DNA of 17,310 bases from Verrucomicrobiota bacterium. GTDB lineage: Bacteria; Verrucomicrobiota; Verrucomicrobiia; Limisphaerales; CANJSG01. A model generated the notes under the pieces. That model ran no database searches, was not told where the DNA came from, and was given only the letters and a program-made list of their open reading frames with translations. Position numbers and translations under genes: made by a program. Below, piece after piece: positions 15,032 to 17,310 of this stretch (its first letter is position 1; each line of letters begins with the position of its first letter). The stretch is from contig JBBQXJ010000094.1 of NCBI GenBank assembly GCA_038209745.1, positions 1 to 17,310 of the forward strand. The letters run 5' to 3'.

Positions 15032-17227
15032 ATGATTCTGTCAGCCGCAGAGCTGGAAAGCTTGGTCCGCTTGGAACACCTTTGCCCGCACCAGCTTCTC
15101 GGCCTCCATCCACTCGGCGACAAGAAGGGACTTGTGGCGCGGGCCTTCGCTCCCGGCGCCAAGTTCGTCACGCTGGTTCCAGTCCACGACAAGTCCAAGC
15201 CGTCCTTCGCGCTCAAGCCACTCGACCATACCGGCTATTTCGAAGGAACGACCCGCAAAGCGTCTGAGATCTATGCCTACGACCTGTGTGTCGCATGGCC
15301 GGATGGATCCACCGAACAGGGGCGGGATCCGTATTCGTTTCTCCCGACACTCGGCGAACTTGACCTTCACCTGTTTGGCGAAGGGAACGACCGCTCCATC
15401 CACGACAAACTGGGAGGACACCTCCGTGTGATCGATGGCGTCCATGGCACCAGCTTCGCCGTCTGGGCGCCGAACGCCCGTCGCATCTCCGTGATCGGCA
15501 GCTTCAACAACTGGGATGGTAGAAAGCATCCAATGCGCCTGCTTGGGGCGTCGGGCGTCTGGGAGATCTTCATTCCGGGCGCCGGCGAAGGTGCGCTCTA
15601 TAAGTTCGAGATTTGGGACAAGAACGGAGATCTCAGGCAGAAGACTGATCCTTTCGGGGCCTTCTTCGAACTTGCTCCGAAGCAGGCGGCGATCGTCTGG
15701 GACACTCGGAAACATCGTTGGACCGACGACGCGTGGATGAAGCAACGAGCCGAATCGAATCCACTCAAGGGTCCGATGAGCATCTACGAACTGCACCTCG
15801 GCTCATGGATCAAGAAGACCCAGGGTGAGTCTCCCGGCTACCGCGAAGTGGCCCCCTTGCTCGTGGACTACCTGCACAAGACAGGCTTTACCCACGTGGA
15901 ATTCATGCCGCTGGCCGAGCACGCCTTCTATCCAAGCTGGGGATATCAAGTAACGGGCTTCTTCGCGCCGACCAGTCGCTACGGGACGCCCGACGACCTG
16001 CAGTTCCTCATCAACGCGCTCCACGAAGCCGGTATAGGAGTGTTCATGGACTGGGTGCCCGCGCATTTCCCGCGCGATGATTGGGCTTTGGCAAACTTCG
16101 ACGGCACCGCCCTCTACGAACACGAAGATCCCCGACAAGGCGCCCACCAGGACTGGGGCACCCTGATCTTCAATTTCGGCCGCAATGAAGTGCGAAACTT
16201 CCTCGCGGCCAATGCACTCTACTGGTGCGAACGGTTCCACCTCGACGGCCTGCGCGTCGATGCGGTGGCGTCGATGCTGTATCTGGACTACTCGCGCAAT
16301 GCCGGAGAGTGGGTTCCCAACAAGTATGGTGGCCGCGAGAATCTCGAAGCCGTCGAATTTCTGCGCCACACCAACGACCTCGTCCACACGCTTCATCCCG
16401 GCACGGTCATGATCGCCGAAGAGAGCACTGCTTGGCCGATGGTTTCAAAACCGCCCTACATCGGCGGCCTCGGCTTCAGCCTCAAATGGAACATGGGCTG
16501 GATGCACGACACGCTGAACTACTTCAAGAACGAGCCTGTCCATCGGAAGTATCACCAGAACGACCTCACGTTCGCGATGCTCTACCATTACCAGGAAAAC
16601 TTCGTGTTGCCGTTGTCACACGACGAAGTGGTTCATGGTAAGCGCTCTCTGCTGGGGAGGATGCCTGGCGATGAATGGCAACGCTTTGCCAACCTTCGCG
16701 CCTTGCTTGGCTACCAGTGGATGTTTCCCGGAAAGAAACTTCTCTTTATGGGCTGCGAAATTGCCCAGTCCAGTGAATGGAACCACAACGCCTCGGTCGA
16801 TTGGTGGCTCTTGGAAGCCGGCCCGTACCACAAAGGCTGCCAGCAATGGATAGAGGACCTGAACCGATTCTACACGGCTGAACCGGCACTCTGGGAACTC
16901 GACTTCGATCCAGCAGGCTTCTGGTGGCTCGACTGCTCCGACGCCGAAAACAGCATCTTGTCCTTCTGCCGACAGACGCGCGACGGAGCCCGCCAATTGA
17001 TCGTCATTTTAAATTTGACGCCTGTTCCGCGCGGACCCTACCGCATCGGTTTGCCGCGCCCAGGTTTGTGGAAAGAGGCTCTCAACAGTGATGCTTCCAC
17101 TTACGGCGGCGGCAACATCGGCAATAATGGTGGAATCACGGCTGAGGCAGTTCCGAGTCACGGTCAATCGCACAGCGCACTTTTCAGTCTGCCCCCCCTC
17201 GGAATCGTTGTATTCTCCTCCAATTAG
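15032..17227 (+). CDS. glgB: 1,4-alpha-glucan branching enzyme (GH13)
   Basis: FAVWAPNA; YELHLGSW; SWGYQVTGFFAPTSRYG; DWVPAHFP; catalytic DGLRVDAVASMLY, IAEEST and LSHDEVVHGK; PGKKLLFMG. Confidence 0.98.
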   Translation: MILSAAELESLVRLEHLCPHQLLGLHPLGDKKGLVARAFAPGAKFVTLVPVHDKSKPSFALKPLDHTGYFEGTTRKASEIYAYDLCVAWPDGSTEQGRDPYSFLPTLGELDLHLFGEGNDRSIHDKLGGHLRVIDGVHGTSFAVWAPNARRISVIGSFNNWDGRKHPMRLLGASGVWEIFIPGAGEGALYKFEIWDKNGDLRQKTDPFGAFFELAPKQAAIVWDTRKHRWTDDAWMKQRAESNPLKGPMSIYELHLGSWIKKTQGESPGYREVAPLLVDYLHKTGFTHVEFMPLAEHAFYPSWGYQVTGFFAPTSRYGTPDDLQFLINALHEAGIGVFMDWVPAHFPRDDWALANFDGTALYEHEDPRQGAHQDWGTLIFNFGRNEVRNFLAANALYWCERFHLDGLRVDAVASMLYLDYSRNAGEWVPNKYGGRENLEAVEFLRHTNDLVHTLHPGTVMIAEESTAWPMVSKPPYIGGLGFSLKWNMGWMHDTLNYFKNEPVHRKYHQNDLTFAMLYHYQENFVLPLSHDEVVHGKRSLLGRMPGDEWQRFANLRALLGYQWMFPGKKLLFMGCEIAQSSEWNHNASVDWWLLEAGPYHKGCQQWIEDLNRFYTAEPALWELDFDPAGFWWLDCSDAENSILSFCRQTRDGARQLIVILNLTPVPRGPYRIGLPRPGLWKEALNSDASTYGGGNIGNNGGITAEAVPSHGQSHSALFSLPPLGIVVFSSN

Positions 17228-17310
17228 ACGCGCTTTTGTCGGGGCACTTTTGACGTGGCGACGATATTCTCGGGTTCGTTGATCGAAGTGGAGTCTGATT
17301 GACGTAACCA

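Overview
GC-rich bacterial chromosomal window, most likely Verrucomicrobiota (Pedosphaera/Limisphaera-like). That assignment is inferred from the large secreted protein with an '...ISW...TLQSA...GPW...FFRL' C-terminus and from the mostly SD-less, A/C-rich start contexts. Gene order: 3' part of smc; an eroded methyltransferase + endonuclease remnant; a structured leader and a 1028-aa secreted protein with tandem PA14-like repeats; a small secreted beta-rich protein; ktrB-ktrA; two hypothetical tail-anchored coiled-coil proteins; ogt; a ROK kinase (-); htpX (-); a frameshifted small ORF (-); an EamA/YedA transporter behind an attenuator-like leader; an orphan GspG-like protein; glgB. The most interesting signals are non-coding or unannotated: a nested-repeat structured RNA candidate (2791-2872), a uORF/antiterminator/terminator leader before the EamA gene (13194-13307), a multi-stem element (6107-6235) and the decayed restriction-modification cassette after smc. 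All family assignments are by eye; no database searches were run.
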